From an uncultured Clostridia bacterium (GTDB lineage: Bacteria; Bacillota; Clostridia; TANB77; CAG-508), in NCBI GenBank assembly GCA_944391955.1, contig CALXVG010000004.1, forward strand, positions 9,625-73,624: a stretch of DNA of 64,000 bases, in the 5' to 3' direction. Shown piece by piece: positions 22,683 to 33,100 of this stretch (positions within the stretch are counted from its first letter, which is position 1; each line of letters opens with the position of its first letter). The position numbers were made by a program, and so were the translations under genes. The notes beneath the pieces were generated by a model. That model ran no database searches. It saw only the letters and a list, made by a program, of their open reading frames with translations, and was not told the origin of the DNA.

Positions 22683-24650
22683 TTAGTATTGTTTGCCACA
22701 CATTTTACAGTATGAGCATAGTGTATTTCTAGTATTATTTTGTTTTGCTAAAGTTTTTATAATTAAACTAATTATTATTATACATCCAAATATAAATATT
22801 ATATCTATAACGTTAAACAGTCCTTTTTCAATTCGATTTCCTATTTGATAAATAAAGGTTGCTAAAAACCATGCTATTCCTGTTTGAAAAGATACCGCTT
22901 TTAATAATTTTTTATTATTACCTAATTCTTTTTTCATTGCTCCTATTGCACCAAAACACGGTGCTGAAAATAAATTAAATATCATAAAAGCATATGCTGA
23001 TATTGGATTAAAGAACTCAAAAATTCCTCCTTTTATAAATATTTCTGAAGTTTCTTCTGTTAATCCACTTATAACTGCCATTGATGAAATCACTTGCTCT
23101 TTTGCTACTAATCCTTGTATTGCTGATACTGTTGCTTCCCAACTATTTACTCCAATTATTGGATAAAAAATCCATGAAATTTTCTTTCCTATTGCTGCCA
23201 ATATGCTTTCTTCAATTTTTACACCATATTCCAATTTTACTGAAAAAGAAAGTAAAAACCAAATTATAATAGAACATAACAATATTATTGTTCCTGCTCT
23301 TTTTATAAAAGATATTATTTTATCAAATACTTCTTTTACAACATATTTTATACTTGGTAATTTGTATTCTGGAAGCTCTGCAACATATGTACTTGTAGTA
23401 TTTTTAAACACATATTTTTTCATAATAATTGCACTAAAAATTATGATTACAATTGCAAGAAAGTATAAAGAAGCAGCTACCAATCCTGAACGTTCTGGAA
23501 AAAAATATCCTGCAAATAATGCTATTATTGGCAATTTTGCACTACATGGGATAAATGGTGTTAAAATTGTTGTCATATTTCTCTCGTCTTCATTTTCAAT
23601 TATTCTAGTTCCCATGATTCCTGGAACTGAACATCCTGAACCCACTATAAATGGAATTAAGCTTTTCCCACTTAGTCCAATTTTTCTAAATACTTTATCT
23701 AATAATAATGCAACCCTTGACATATATCCACTTGTTTCAAGTAAAGTAATACATAAAAATAGTATTATCAGTTGTGGTACAAATCCCAAAACAGCTCCCA
23801 CACCTGATATTATTCCATCTATAACTAAACTTTTAAACCATTCTGCCATATTCATATTAGTCATAATCCCATATGTACTTACTTTTAAATCATTTATATA
23901 ATTTCCAATAACATCAACCGTAAATTTTCCTATAACTCCTACTGATAAATAATAAATTAAGAACATTATTATAATGAAAGCAGGAAACGCTAACCATTTA
24001 TTTAATAAAATTTTATCGATTTTATCTGAAATAGATACTTCTCTTATTTTCTTCTTTACACAGGTTTTAACAATATTTTCTATGTACTCATATTTTTTAT
24101 TTGCAATTTCTTCATATTTATTTATATCATAGGTTTCCTCTAAATAATCCGGTACTTTCTTTTCTCTTTTTATATAATTTAATTTTTTAAGTTCTTCTAT
24201 TATTCTATCAATGCCTGTTTCTTTTAAAGCAGAAACCTTAAATACTTTTACACCCAATATTTGTGATAATTTTTTCTCATCTATTATTAAGCCTTTTTCT
24301 TCTAGCTTGTCTGCCATATTTAATACAATTATTATTCTGGAATTTGTTTCTAACAATTGTGTTGTTAAGTATAAACTTCTTTCTAAACATGTCGCATCTA
24401 CAATATTTATTATTACATCTGGATTTTCTTCGAATATGTAGTTTTTTGATATTTTCTCTTCTATACTATATGGGCTTAATGAATAAATTCCTGGAATATC
24501 TGTTATTTCATAGTTTGTACCTTTAATAATTCCTACTTTTTTCTCTATTGTTACACCTGGCCAATTACCTATTTTTGCATTCATACCTGTAAGACAATTA
24601 AACAAAGTTGTTTTCCCACTGTTTTGATTTCCCACTAAAGCTACTTTCAT
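22683..24650 (-). CDS. feoB: Ferrous iron transporter FeoB
   Basis: GNQNSGKT, NWPGVT, DIPG, NMAD, PFIPCSAK. Confidence 0.95.
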   Translation of the reverse strand: MKVALVGNQNSGKTTLFNCLTGMNAKIGNWPGVTIEKKVGIIKGTNYEITDIPGIYSLSPYSIEEKISKNYIFEENPDVIINIVDATCLERSLYLTTQLLETNSRIIIVLNMADKLEEKGLIIDEKKLSQILGVKVFKVSALKETGIDRIIEELKKLNYIKREKKVPDYLEETYDINKYEEIANKKYEYIENIVKTCVKKKIREVSISDKIDKILLNKWLAFPAFIIIMFLIYYLSVGVIGKFTVDVIGNYINDLKVSTYGIMTNMNMAEWFKSLVIDGIISGVGAVLGFVPQLIILFLCITLLETSGYMSRVALLLDKVFRKIGLSGKSLIPFIVGSGCSVPGIMGTRIIENEDERNMTTILTPFIPCSAKLPIIALFAGYFFPERSGLVAASLYFLAIVIIIFSAIIMKKYVFKNTTSTYVAELPEYKLPSIKYVVKEVFDKIISFIKRAGTIILLCSIIIWFLLSFSVKLEYGVKIEESILAAIGKKISWIFYPIIGVNSWEATVSAIQGLVAKEQVISSMAVISGLTEETSEIFIKGGIFEFFNPISAYAFMIFNLFSAPCFGAIGAMKKELGNNKKLLKAVSFQTGIAWFLATFIYQIGNRIEKGLFNVIDIIFIFGCIIIISLIIKTLAKQNNTRNTLCSYCKMCGKQY

Positions 24651-24898
24651 TTAATTACCTCCACTTCAATTTGATTTAAATCACATTTTCTAAGCACTAG
24701 TTCATATCCTCTAAGCTCTATATCTATGGGGTCTCCCATTGGTGCAATTTTTTTTATTTTTACAATTGTTTTTGTAGTTAATCCCATATCTAAAAGATGT
24801 TTTTTCAAAGAGTCTTTTTCAATATTTAAAGATAATATTTTAGCTTTTTGTCCAACTTTTAAGTCAGATAATTTACAAATATCTCCAAACTTTCTCAT
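24647..24898 (-). CDS. feoA: Ferrous iron transport protein FeoA
   Basis: LLDMGL, APMGDPI, LRGYELVLR; overlaps feoB start. Confidence 0.92.
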   Translation of the reverse strand: MRKFGDICKLSDLKVGQKAKILSLNIEKDSLKKHLLDMGLTTKTIVKIKKIAPMGDPIDIELRGYELVLRKCDLNQIEVEVIK

Positions 24899-24943
24899 TA
24901 ACATCACCTTTTTAATATTATGAAAAGGTTGTACAAATTATGC

Positions 24944-24999
24944 CAATAGGGACGTATTTAAATTGGCATTTTTTCCCAATTTAAATACGTCCCCTATTG
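24944..24999. repeat. REP-like long palindrome with GGGACG/CGTCCC core
   Basis: caatagggacgtatttaaattgg ... ccaatttaaatacgtcccctattg. Confidence 0.8.
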
Positions 25000-25089
25000 A
25001 GATAAGGTCGTTTTATTTTATTTTTCTTATTAGTATAAATGGTGTTAGTTGGCGTGATTGTCCTGCTGGATTGTCTTCTATTAGTTTTT

Positions 25090-25460
25090 CTAAATCTTGT
25101 TTCTTTCTTCTTCTGGTATTTCCTCTCCTTTATTTTTTACTTGTAATATTATTTCATTTCTTTCTTTAGTTAGTTCAACTATTATTTTCTCATCTTTATT
25201 AGTGTGTTTAATAGCATATTCTTCTATTTCTTCATCATATGATGATGGCATAACTTGTTTTATTTCTGAATTGTCAACTATAACTTCATATACTCCTTCT
25301 ACATTTATTTGAAAATCTTCTTCTATTTTCTCATCTGGTTTTCTTTTTACTTCTATGTCTGAAAATCTATTCATAACAAATATTCTACTATTGATAGTGT
25401 TTCTATAATTTAATATTGCAAATATTGAAAATTCATTGAAGTTGAATAACTATATTTATA
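25090..25460 (-). pseudogene. Internally deleted sensor histidine kinase remnant
   Basis: Sensor-like N-terminal piece fused to an HATPase piece (AIKHT...IILQVKNKGEEIPEEERNKI*), truncated before the F box. Confidence 0.6.
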
Positions 25461-25517
25461 AAATTATATTATGTATTGGCAGTTTTTACAAGGTTTTACC
25501 TTGTATTTAATATAAAA

Positions 25518-25551
25518 ATAAAAGTAAACACATTTTGTGTCTACTTTTATT
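25518..25551 (-). terminator. Terminator after uraA
   Basis: aataaaagta.acac-attt-gtgt.tacttttatt hairpin. Confidence 0.7.
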
Positions 25552-25576
25552 CTGTTCCTTAAAATATATTTTACCT

Positions 25577-26944
25577 TTATGCTTTTGCTTTTACTTTTTT
25601 TGTTTTTTTCTCTTTGTTTTCTTTATTCTCTTTTTTTGTTTTGTCTTCTTCCACTTTTGTTTCTACCTTTTCTGCAGGTATTATTAAATTTAATATAATA
25701 CCTGTAATTGCAGCTAAGCTCATTCCTGAAATTGCTACTGATAATTCTCCACTTACAATGGAAATTGTTGCTCCTCCTAGACCAAGTACTAACATTGATG
25801 CTGCTACTGTAACATTTTTTGGGTCATCAAAGTCAATTTGATTCTTTATTAATACTTTCAATCCATTAACTGCTATAAATCCATATAAAAGTAATGATAC
25901 TCCTCCTAATACAGCTTCTGGTATTGATTGAATTATTGCTGTTAGTTTTCCAAGGAATGCTATTCCTATTGCTATAAATGCTGCTAGACCAATTACCCAT
26001 ACTGATGCAACTTTTGTTAATCCTACAACAGATGTATTTTCTCCATATGTTGTATTTGCTGGTCCTCCTAATGCACCTGCTACAAATGTTGCAAGTCCGT
26101 CTCCTAGTATAGTTCTATCTAGTCCTGGATCTTTTATTAAATCTCTATTCATTATATTACTTAATGATGTATGGTCTCCTATATGCTCACATAATGTTAC
26201 TAATGCAATTGGTGCAATTGTTATTAATGCACTAAAGTTTGGTACATAGTGCACATATGGTATTATAAAGTTTGGTATACTAAACCATGCTGCTTCTGCT
26301 ATTAGTTTGAAATTTACTAATCCCATCATTGCTGATGCTATATAACCTGCTGCGATACCTACTAAAAATGGTATTACTTTTAAGAATCCTTTTGCTCTTG
26401 TCATAACTATTGCTGTAACTAAGAAAGATATTAATGCTACTACTACTGGTTTCCATTCGAATGTTGTTCCTGTTGATAAACCTATTTGTCCAATAGCTGA
26501 TGGTGCTAATCCTAAGCCTATTACCATAATCATTGGTCCTATTACAACCGGTGGTAATAATTTTTCAATCCAATCTTTTCCTACAAAGTGTATTATAGTT
26601 GCAACTAATACGTAGATTAAACCAACTACCATAACACCTGTCATTGCTCCTGATATTCCACCTTTTACATATGCTGCTGCAATTGGTGCTATAAATGCAA
26701 ATGAACTTCCTAAATAAACTGGTGATTTTCCTTTTGTACACACTATGTAGATTAATGTTCCTATTCCTGATGTAAATAATGCCACTGGTATTGATAATAC
26801 TTCTGTTCCAGCTGACCCATTTACTAAAATTGGTACTAATATTGTTGCACCAAACATAGCAAATACATGTTGAATTGCCAAAACTATCCATTTAGCAAGT
26901 TTTGGTCTTTCATGAACGTCTAAAATCATTTTGCTTTCTTCCAT
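25577..26944 (-). CDS. uraA: Uracil permease (NCS2 family)
   Basis: QHVFAMFGATILVP, YLGSSFAF, EHIGD, NTTYGEN. Confidence 0.93.
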   Translation of the reverse strand: MEESKMILDVHERPKLAKWIVLAIQHVFAMFGATILVPILVNGSAGTEVLSIPVALFTSGIGTLIYIVCTKGKSPVYLGSSFAFIAPIAAAYVKGGISGAMTGVMVVGLIYVLVATIIHFVGKDWIEKLLPPVVIGPMIMVIGLGLAPSAIGQIGLSTGTTFEWKPVVVALISFLVTAIVMTRAKGFLKVIPFLVGIAAGYIASAMMGLVNFKLIAEAAWFSIPNFIIPYVHYVPNFSALITIAPIALVTLCEHIGDHTSLSNIMNRDLIKDPGLDRTILGDGLATFVAGALGGPANTTYGENTSVVGLTKVASVWVIGLAAFIAIGIAFLGKLTAIIQSIPEAVLGGVSLLLYGFIAVNGLKVLIKNQIDFDDPKNVTVAASMLVLGLGGATISIVSGELSVAISGMSLAAITGIILNLIIPAEKVETKVEEDKTKKENKENKEKKTKKVKAKA

Positions 26945-27009
26945 AAAAAAATCCCCCTTTTAATTTTCTCTTGCAGATTTTATGAAACTTATTGATTTTA
27001 CAAAATTTC

Positions 27010-27041
27010 AAAAAAAAACACTAATAAAACTATTAGTGTTA
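27010..27041 (-). terminator. Terminator/attenuator upstream of uraA
   Basis: Minus strand: aacactaata-gttt-tattagtgtt followed by a long U run. Confidence 0.75.
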
Positions 27042-27155
27042 ATATGTAAAATCTATATTAATTAATAAAAGGAAAAATAAAAGTGCAAAGCCAGCAATTA
27101 CTATAATTGCTTTTTCTTTGCTATATTTAGTTTTTACTTTTATTAAATTTTTCAT
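27039..27155 (-). CDS. Putative 38-aa leader peptide or small membrane protein (MKNLIKVKTKYSKEKAIIVIAGFALLFFLLLINIDFTY)
   Basis: Manual translation; upstream TTGCAT-17-TAGTAT; stop overlaps the 5' arm of the terminator. Confidence 0.45.
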   Translation of the reverse strand: MKNLIKVKTKYSKEKAIIVIAGFALLFFLLLINIDFTY

Positions 27156-27224
27156 TTTTCTGCACCCATAAAATACTACTACACTTTTTTAAAAAATGCA
27201 ATAGTTTTTGACAAATTTTTCAAA

Positions 27225-27932
27225 TTAATTATAACATATGTCTTTTATTACTTCTCCAGCTATTATTAAACCTGCTACTGATGGTACAAATGAAACACTT
27301 CCTGGAACTTGTTTTTTTAATGTTGATTTTTCTAGTTCTTTTTCAGCTTTTATTGGTTCTTCCTTTGAATAAACAACTTTAAGTTTTTTTATACCTCTAT
27401 TTCTTAATTCTTTTCTCATTACTTTAGCTAGAGGACATACACTAGTCTTGTATATGTCTGCCACTTCAAATCTTGTTGCATCTAATTTGTTGCCTGTTCC
27501 CATGCTTGAAATTACTGGTATTCCTAATTTATCTGCTCTTAATATTATTTCTATTTTAGCAGTTATAGTATCTACTGCATCTACAACATATGTTACAGAT
27601 TTATCTAATATTTCATCACTCTCTGGCATGAAAAATTCTTTATATATTTCCACTTTTGCTTGTGGGTTTATCTCAAGTATTCTTTCTTTTGCAACTTCTA
27701 CTTTTGATTTTCCTAATGTTTTGGTTGTTGCAATTATTTGTCTATTTATATTAGTTATATCCACATCATCATTATCCACTAAAATGAAGCTTTCTATCCC
27801 AGCTCTTACTAATCCCTCTACTACATATGAACCTACTCCTCCAATTCCAAATATTGCCACCTTAGCATTTTGAAGTTTTTGAAGATTTTCTTTTCCTATT
27901 AATAATTCTGTTCTTGAAAATTGATTTAACAT
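27225..27932 (-). CDS. tcdA: tRNA threonylcarbamoyladenosine dehydratase (ThiF family)
   Basis: GIGGVGS, TNINRQ, DAVD, CPLAKVMRKEL, VVYSKE. Confidence 0.9.
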   Translation of the reverse strand: MLNQFSRTELLIGKENLQKLQNAKVAIFGIGGVGSYVVEGLVRAGIESFILVDNDDVDITNINRQIIATTKTLGKSKVEVAKERILEINPQAKVEIYKEFFMPESDEILDKSVTYVVDAVDTITAKIEIILRADKLGIPVISSMGTGNKLDATRFEVADIYKTSVCPLAKVMRKELRNRGIKKLKVVYSKEEPIKAEKELEKSTLKKQVPGSVSFVPSVAGLIIAGEVIKDICYN

Positions 27933-27954
27933 ATATACTCCTTATTTTTATTAA

Positions 27955-29097
27955 TTATAGTTCAACAATGTTTTCCCAAAGTAAATTTTCTTTTCCAAAA
28001 TGTCCATAATTCGTTGTTTTTGTGTAGATTGGTTCTCTTAAATTTAAGTATTCTATTATTCCTCGTGGAGTTAAATCAAATTTTTTTAAAATTTTATCTA
28101 ATATTTCTTCTTCTGATATAGTATTTGTTCCAAATGTATTAATATTTATTGAAACAGGTTTTGCTACACCTATTGCATATGAAAGTTGTATTTCGCATTT
28201 TTTTGCTAATTTATTTGCTACTATATTTTTTGCTATATGTCTTGCCATATATGTTGCTGACCTGTCCACTTTTGTTGCATCTTTTCCTGAAAATGCTCCT
28301 CCTCCATGTTTCGCATATCCTCCATATGTGTCTACAATAATTTTTCTACCTGTTAATCCACTATCTCCTAAAGGTCCTCCTATTACAAATCTACCAGTTG
28401 GATTTATATAATATTTGGTATTTTCAGATAGTAAATCTTTTGGAACAACTGCTTTTATAACTTTTTCCATTATATCAGTTCTTAATTGTTCTATACTTAT
28501 TTCTTCTTTATGTTGTGTAGATACAACTATCGTGTCAATTCTATTTGGTTTGTTTTCTTTATACTCGACTGTAACTTGTACTTTTCCATCTGGTCTTAAA
28601 TAGTTTATAATGTTTTGTTTTCTGACTTCTGTTAATTTTTTTGCAAGCTTGTGTGCTAGCATTATTGGTAATGGCATTAATTCAGGAGTTTCATCGCAAG
28701 CAAATCCAAACATCATTCCTTGGTCGCCAGCTCCTTCAGATTTTAGCTTTTCTCCATTCTTGCTTTCTAAAGATTCATTAACTCCTAATGCTATATCAGT
28801 TGATTGTTTTGAAATATTTACATATATTTTACATTTTCTATAGTCTAAATCTGTTTTTTCATTGTCATAACCGATTTCTTTTATTGCATTTCTTACTATT
28901 TCTTCAATATTAATTTCTGCACTTGATGTTATTTCTCCAGTTACAAAGATTATTCCCTTACTTGCAACTGTCTCACATGCTACTCGTGCAAACTTGTCTT
29001 TTCTTAAATACGCATCCAAAATACTATCTGAAATATAATCACATAATTTATCTGGGTGTCCTTCTGTAACACTTTCTGATGTAAACATTTTTTTCAT
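27955..29097 (-). CDS. metK: S-adenosylmethionine synthetase
   Basis: [26 protein letters not shown]. Confidence 0.98.
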   Translation of the reverse strand: MKKMFTSESVTEGHPDKLCDYISDSILDAYLRKDKFARVACETVASKGIIFVTGEITSSAEINIEEIVRNAIKEIGYDNEKTDLDYRKCKIYVNISKQSTDIALGVNESLESKNGEKLKSEGAGDQGMMFGFACDETPELMPLPIMLAHKLAKKLTEVRKQNIINYLRPDGKVQVTVEYKENKPNRIDTIVVSTQHKEEISIEQLRTDIMEKVIKAVVPKDLLSENTKYYINPTGRFVIGGPLGDSGLTGRKIIVDTYGGYAKHGGGAFSGKDATKVDRSATYMARHIAKNIVANKLAKKCEIQLSYAIGVAKPVSININTFGTNTISEEEILDKILKKFDLTPRGIIEYLNLREPIYTKTTNYGHFGKENLLWENIVEL

Positions 29098-29130
29098 ATT
29101 AATCAAATCCCTTCTTCTGTTTAGGTAGTT

Positions 29131-29853
29131 TTATTCGATTTCTAATATTTTTTTTGCTCTTGCTACATCTTGTTCATTTGCATTGCGTACATTTTCTAAT
29201 GGATATACATATCCTAATTCTTTCCACTTAAATGCTCCCATATTATGATATGGGTGTATTTCTACTTTTTCTACTGTTTTTAATGTTTTTATAAATTCTT
29301 TTAATTTTATTAAATCTGATTCTTCGTCTGTTATTCCTGGAATTAAAACTTGTCTAATCCAAATTGGTATATTATTATCACTAAGATATTTTGCAAATTC
29401 TAATTCTAATTTGTTAGAAAATCCCACTAAATCCTTGCATTTTTTGTCATCTATATGTTTTATATCTAATAATACTAAATCTGTTACTGATAATACTTTT
29501 TTTACATCATCTGTTAATTGAAACATTCCTGATGTATCTAATGCTGTGTGAAATCCTAATTTTTTTAATTCTGCAAAAAGTTCTATTAAAAACTTTTGTT
29601 GTAATAATGGTTCTCCGCCTGTTGCTGTAACTCCACCTTTTGAATATTTTATATATTCTTTATATTTTTTTATTTGTGTTATTAATTCTGAAACTGTAAC
29701 TTCTTTGCCAGCTTTAGTTTCCCATGTATCTCTGTTATGACAATACTTGCATTTTAATGCACAGCCTTGAAAAAATATTACATATCTAATACCTGGACCA
29801 TCAACTGCTCCAAATGTTTCAACTGAATGTATTCTTGCTTTTAAATCTTCCAT
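29131..29853 (-). CDS. pflA: Pyruvate formate-lyase activating enzyme
   Basis: VDGPGIR, CALKCKYCHN, GGEP. Confidence 0.92.
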   Translation of the reverse strand: MEDLKARIHSVETFGAVDGPGIRYVIFFQGCALKCKYCHNRDTWETKAGKEVTVSELITQIKKYKEYIKYSKGGVTATGGEPLLQQKFLIELFAELKKLGFHTALDTSGMFQLTDDVKKVLSVTDLVLLDIKHIDDKKCKDLVGFSNKLELEFAKYLSDNNIPIWIRQVLIPGITDEESDLIKLKEFIKTLKTVEKVEIHPYHNMGAFKWKELGYVYPLENVRNANEQDVARAKKILEIE

Positions 29854-29869
29854 TATTATTTCCTCCTTT

Positions 29870-31189
29870 TTAGGCATCAATAACTCTTTCCCCTATTAAA
29901 TCATAATCTCTAATGTCTGTTACTTTAACATGAATCCATGTGTTTTCTAGATTTGCTATATCTTTTGGAATAAATATTACACCATCTTCTTCTGGTATAT
30001 CCATGTATGTTCTTCCTATATAATATTTATCGTCAAAAGTACTATTTTCAATTAATACTTCATATTCGTTGCCTATTTTTTGTTTTAGTTTTTCTTTTGA
30101 AATTTTCTGTGCCGATTCCATAATTTTAGCATGTCTAGCAATTTTTGTTTTATAGTGGATTTGTTCTTTTAGCTTTTCTGCTGGTGTTCCATCTTCTTTT
30201 GAATATTTAAAAACACCTAATTTATCAAAATATGCTTTTTTTACAAATTCGTGTAATTTATTAAAGTCTTCTTCCGTTTCTCCTGGAAATCCTACTATTA
30301 ATGATGTTCTCAGTATTGCATCTGGTATTTCTTTTTTTATTGTTTCTAGTAAATTTTCTATTTGTTTTGATGTGCTTTTTCTATTCATTCTTTTTAATAC
30401 ACTATCTGATATATGTTGAATTGGTATATCAAAATATTTACATATTTTTTCACTGTTTTTTACTGTTTGAATTAGCTCATCTGTTATACTTTCTGGATAG
30501 GCATATAAAAATCTAACCCATTTTATTCCTTCAATTTGGCTGATAACTTGTAATAATTCTGCTAATCTTGATTTACCATATAAATCTATTCCATATTTTG
30601 TTGTGTCTTGTGCTATTAAAATTATTTCTTTATATCCTTTTTTTACTAATTCTTTTGCCTCTGCTACAATATCATTGAATTCTCTACTTATATATTTTCC
30701 ACGTATATATGGAATTGCACAATATGTACATCTGTTACTACATCCTTCTGCAATTTTTAGATATGTTGTTGTATTTCCTGTTGTAATAACACGTTTCGAA
30801 TATTCTAAAGTACATATTGATATATTTTCTTTTTTATTTGTAATTAGTTCTTCTATTTTTTCACCAATTTTATCATACTCTTTTATAGGTATAAATAAAT
30901 CTACTTCTGGCAATAGTTTTTTTAATTTTTCTAAATATCTTTCTACAAGACAGCCCATTACTATTAAGTATTTACATTTTCCTTTTTCTTTATATTCTGC
31001 CATTTCTAATATTGTATTAATTGCTTCTTGTTTTGCACTTTCAATAAAACCACAAGTATTTATAATAATTACTTCTGCTTCTTCTACATTATTTATAATT
31101 TGATGGTTATTTTCTTTACATATTCCTATTGTCATTTCAGTATCTACTAAGTTTTTTGAACATCCTAATGATACAAACCCTATTTTCAT
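29870..31189 (-). CDS. rimO: Ribosomal protein S12 methylthiotransferase
   Basis: SLGCSKNLVD, NTCGFI, CSNRCTYCAIP, TRAM domain. Confidence 0.95.
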   Translation of the reverse strand: MKIGFVSLGCSKNLVDTEMTIGICKENNHQIINNVEEAEVIIINTCGFIESAKQEAINTILEMAEYKEKGKCKYLIVMGCLVERYLEKLKKLLPEVDLFIPIKEYDKIGEKIEELITNKKENISICTLEYSKRVITTGNTTTYLKIAEGCSNRCTYCAIPYIRGKYISREFNDIVAEAKELVKKGYKEIILIAQDTTKYGIDLYGKSRLAELLQVISQIEGIKWVRFLYAYPESITDELIQTVKNSEKICKYFDIPIQHISDSVLKRMNRKSTSKQIENLLETIKKEIPDAILRTSLIVGFPGETEEDFNKLHEFVKKAYFDKLGVFKYSKEDGTPAEKLKEQIHYKTKIARHAKIMESAQKISKEKLKQKIGNEYEVLIENSTFDDKYYIGRTYMDIPEEDGVIFIPKDIANLENTWIHVKVTDIRDYDLIGERVIDA

Positions 31190-31206
31190 TTTAATATCAT
31201 TCCTTT

Positions 31207-32394
31207 TTACTCTTCTTCATAATAGTCATTATTACACATATTTTTTCTTGTCATCTCAAATAAATTTAATTTTGTAAATCCTATTAGTTGTGTTTTTGCT
31301 CTGTCTTTTTTTAAACATTCTTCTAGAAATTGATGTATCTTTTCTTTATTATTGTCTATATGCATGTCTATATAGTCTATTATAATAATTCCTCCAATAT
31401 CGCGTAAACGTACTTGTTTTGCTATTTCTATTGTAGCTTCATGGTTTACATTATAAATTGTTTCTTCTAAATCTTTTTTTCCTGTATATTTCCCTGTATT
31501 TACATCTATTGCTGTTAATGCTTCTGTTCTATCTATTGTTATAAATGCTCCTGATTTTAACCATATTTTGCGTTTTTCTATCTTTTCTATTTGATTATAT
31601 AAATCATGTTTTTCAAATAAATTAGCTTTATCTTCTAATTCAATAGTTATGTTTTTTATGTTTTCTAACATTTTCTTTATGTTGTTATATATTTCTTTAT
31701 CATTTACAATTATTTTCTCCAAATTTCTATCAATTATGTCCATTACCGTTCTTCTTATAAGAGCTTCATTATCATATATTAGCATTGGTATTTTATCTGT
31801 TTGTTCTGCTTTTTTCTTTATTTGTAACCATTTTTTTTCCAATTCCTCTATATCTTTTTTAATCATTTCTTCTGAAACATTCTCACATGAAGTTCTTAAG
31901 ATAACACCCATATTTGGTTTTAGAGTTTTTTTAGCAATATCAATTAATCTTTGTCTTTCTTCACTATTTTCAATTTTTTGAGATACAGTAATGATTTCAC
32001 AATTAGGCATTAATACAGCAAATCTTCCTGGTAAATTAATATGTTTACTTACTTTGGCCCCTTTATTTGCTGTTCCATCTTTTTTTATTTGTATTAGAAT
32101 ATTATCTCCTACTTTTAATTCCTTTTCTATTGAAGTTACTGGTATTTTATTGTTTTTTGTTATATCAACTTTTGGTAAAACATCATGAAGTTTTATAAGA
32201 CTATTTCTATTTTCTCCAATGTCAATAAAAGCTACTTGCATTCCTTTTAATACATTAACTACTTTACCTAAATATATATTTCCTTCTAGTCTTCGTTGAT
32301 GTTCATGTTCATCATGTTTTTCTACTAATATCCCATTTTCTACTAACATTATAGTTTTTAATTTTTTTTCTTTATTAATTACTAATTCTAACAA
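31207..32394 (-). CDS. Ribonuclease E/G family protein
   Basis: GNIYLGKV S1 domain, TEALTAIDVNTG, RDIGGIIIIDYIDM. Confidence 0.93.
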   Translation of the reverse strand: MLELVINKEKKLKTIMLVENGILVEKHDEHEHQRRLEGNIYLGKVVNVLKGMQVAFIDIGENRNSLIKLHDVLPKVDITKNNKIPVTSIEKELKVGDNILIQIKKDGTANKGAKVSKHINLPGRFAVLMPNCEIITVSQKIENSEERQRLIDIAKKTLKPNMGVILRTSCENVSEEMIKKDIEELEKKWLQIKKKAEQTDKIPMLIYDNEALIRRTVMDIIDRNLEKIIVNDKEIYNNIKKMLENIKNITIELEDKANLFEKHDLYNQIEKIEKRKIWLKSGAFITIDRTEALTAIDVNTGKYTGKKDLEETIYNVNHEATIEIAKQVRLRDIGGIIIIDYIDMHIDNNKEKIHQFLEECLKKDRAKTQLIGFTKLNLFEMTRKNMCNNDYYEEE

Positions 32395-32406
32395 TTTTGT
32401 TTCTCC

Positions 32407-32964
32407 TTAATTATACTTATTCATTGCAATGTCTATCCCATTTTTTAATATTTCTAATGTTGCCTTTGCTGCTAAATCTGTGCCTTCTTCTAGTTTTTTT
32501 CTTGTTGCTATAGTAGTTGGACCTATAACATATTTTATTGTATCTTCATTTTCTTTTGGTTTTCCTATTCCTACTCTTATTCGTGGAAATTCTTCAGTAC
32601 CTAAGCAATTAACAACTGATTTCATTCCATTATGTGTTCCACCACTGCCTTTTTTTCTTATTCTTATTGTACCTTCTTCTAAATCTAAATCATCATATAT
32701 TATTAATACATTTTCATTTTTTATTTTATAAAAATTTCTAAAGGCTACAACACTTTCTCCGCTTAAATTCATATATGTTTGTGGTTTTAATATTATTACT
32801 TTTTCTCCATATATTATACCTGTTCCGAACATTCCCTTAAATTTAGACTGTGACACAGAAACACCACAGTCTTTTGTTATTTTATCTATAACATTAAAGC
32901 CCATATTATGCCTTGTATTTTCATATTCTTTACCTGGATTTCCTAATCCTACTATTAAATACAT
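32407..32964 (-). CDS. pth: Peptidyl-tRNA hydrolase
   Basis: GLGNPG, TRHNMG, KPQTYMNLSG, HNG. Confidence 0.97.
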   Translation of the reverse strand: MYLIVGLGNPGKEYENTRHNMGFNVIDKITKDCGVSVSQSKFKGMFGTGIIYGEKVIILKPQTYMNLSGESVVAFRNFYKIKNENVLIIYDDLDLEEGTIRIRKKGSGGTHNGMKSVVNCLGTEEFPRIRVGIGKPKENEDTIKYVIGPTTIATRKKLEEGTDLAAKATLEILKNGIDIAMNKYN

Positions 32965-33048
32965 AAACTCTCCTTTTATGATTCATTTTGACTAAAATAT
33001 TATATCACATAAAACTTATAAAGTCCACTACTATACTAATATATAGCA

Positions 33049-33096
33049 AAATCTAGTAAATAAGTTATTGTATTATTCTCATATTTACTAGATTTT
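33049..33096 (-). terminator. Terminator after dusB
   Basis: aaaatctagtaaata ... tatttactagatttt inverted repeat. Confidence 0.65.
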
Positions 33097-33100
33097 CATT

